Assembly: GCA_036258175.1 (NCBI GenBank)
Contig: DATAEE010000263.1
Coordinates: forward strand, 1,489-65,488
Source: Vicinamibacterales bacterium
GTDB lineage: Bacteria; Acidobacteriota; Vicinamibacteria; Vicinamibacterales; 2-12-FULL-66-21
DNA length: 64,000 nucleotides
Direction of reading: 5' to 3'
Shown here: piece by piece, positions 63,491-64,000 of the stretch
Position numbering within the stretch: the stretch's first letter is position 1
How the letters are laid out: each line of letters starts with the position of its first letter
The notes under the pieces: model-generated
Seen by the model: only the letters and a program-made list of their open reading frames with translations
Databases searched by the model: none
What the model was told of the DNA's origin: nothing
Made by a program: the position numbers and the translations under genes

Positions 63491-64000
63491 TGGTGATGTC
63501 CCTGTGCTTGACGCGAACGCGGACGTTGTCCAGCTTCGCGAGGCGCTTCTTGAGTGCTTCGGCCATCGCCACCGATCGATGGCGTCCGCCCGTACAGCCG
63601 ATTCCGATCGTCAGGTAACTCTTCCCCTCACTGACGTACTGGGGCACCAGAAATTCGAGTAGGTGCGACGTCCGGTCGAGAAACTCGCCGGTAGCTTCGG
63701 ACCGGTTCATGAATCGCACGACCTCGTTATCCCGGCCAGTGTGCCGTCTGAGCGCCGGCACGAAATGCGGGTTCGGAAGGAACCGCACGTCGAACAGCAG
63801 ATCGGAATCGACGGGAATGCCGTGCTTGAATCCGAAACTGAGGACCGTGATGACGAGACCGGAGTCGGCGGCGCCGTCGCGCGAAACGCCGAGAAACGCA
63901 TCCCGGAGATCGTGGACGGTCATGGCGGACGTATCGAGGATTTGATCGGCAAGGCGCCGAATCGGCCGCAGCCGCGCGCGTTCTTCCTGTATGCCCTCGG
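63483..64000 (-). CDS. rapZ: RNase adapter / nucleotide-binding protein RapZ (YhbJ/YvcJ family), C-terminal part; gene runs off the right edge
   Basis: SFGFKHGIPVDSDLLFDVRFLPNPHF...YLTIGIGCTGGRHRSVAMAE. The frame stays open upstream of M63923 to the window edge (EGIQEERARLRPIRRLADQILDTSAMTV...). Confidence 0.85.
   Translation of the reverse strand, partial: EGIQEERARLRPIRRLADQILDTSAMTVHDLRDAFLGVSRDGAADSGLVITVLSFGFKHGIPVDSDLLFDVRFLPNPHFVPALRRHTGRDNEVVRFMNRSEATGEFLDRTSHLLEFLVPQYVSEGKSYLTIGIGCTGGRHRSVAMAEALKKRLAKLDNVRVRVKHRDITNE

Overview
This is a GC-rich (by eye about two-thirds G+C), tightly packed chromosomal segment from a diderm bacterium. Tol-Pal, Lpt and a secretin are present. The gene content (PEP-CTERM/exosortase, GspG-like pseudopilins with low-complexity tails, a MoxR-DUF58-BatA operon, Tat-signalled TldD) resembles soil Acidobacteriota-like lineages, but I cannot verify taxonomy here.

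About 60 protein genes are supported, and many have 1-19 nt start/stop overlaps. I recognised no rRNA, tRNA, CRISPR array, transposase or phage gene.

Blocks in order:
1. A compact PEP-CTERM substrate / exosortase / EpsI / TPR-lipoprotein module (0.5-4.8 kb).
2. comM and a LysM lytic transglycosylase.
3. An isolated two-gene microcompartment mini-locus: a BMC-H shell protein plus a CoA-acylating aldehyde dehydrogenase with a long C-terminal tail (8.3-10.4 kb).
4. A 13-kb hybrid type II secretion / type IV pilus-like cluster (11.5-24.6 kb). It holds an SLT transglycosylase, GspF, GspE, PilM/N/O/P-like proteins, a secretin carrying a lipobox, TPR and a C-terminal cohesin-like domain, three GspG-like pseudopilins, and two antisense PKD/Big proteins, one of them frameshifted.
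5. A PTS-independent amino-sugar/MurNAc salvage cluster (24.7-33 kb).
6. A five-gene MoxR-DUF58-BatA-type operon (33-39.7 kb).
7. A PmbA/TldD pair, xerD, a STAS protein, metK, a PHP-type hydrolase and a GntR regulator.
8. A fused LptF-LptG permease, then an AT-rich gap with a perfect DnaA box, then parAB.
9. A BFN nuclease, miaB and recN.
10. A complete Tol-Pal operon, then ssb.
11. A regulatory PTS (rapZ, EIIA-Man, HPr, EI).

The most unusual items are the secretin architecture, the heptamer-repeat hairpin encoding an abnormally long pseudopilin leader, and the orphan BMC-H/aldehyde dehydrogenase pair.

All family calls rest on motifs I recognised in the translations. No database search was possible.
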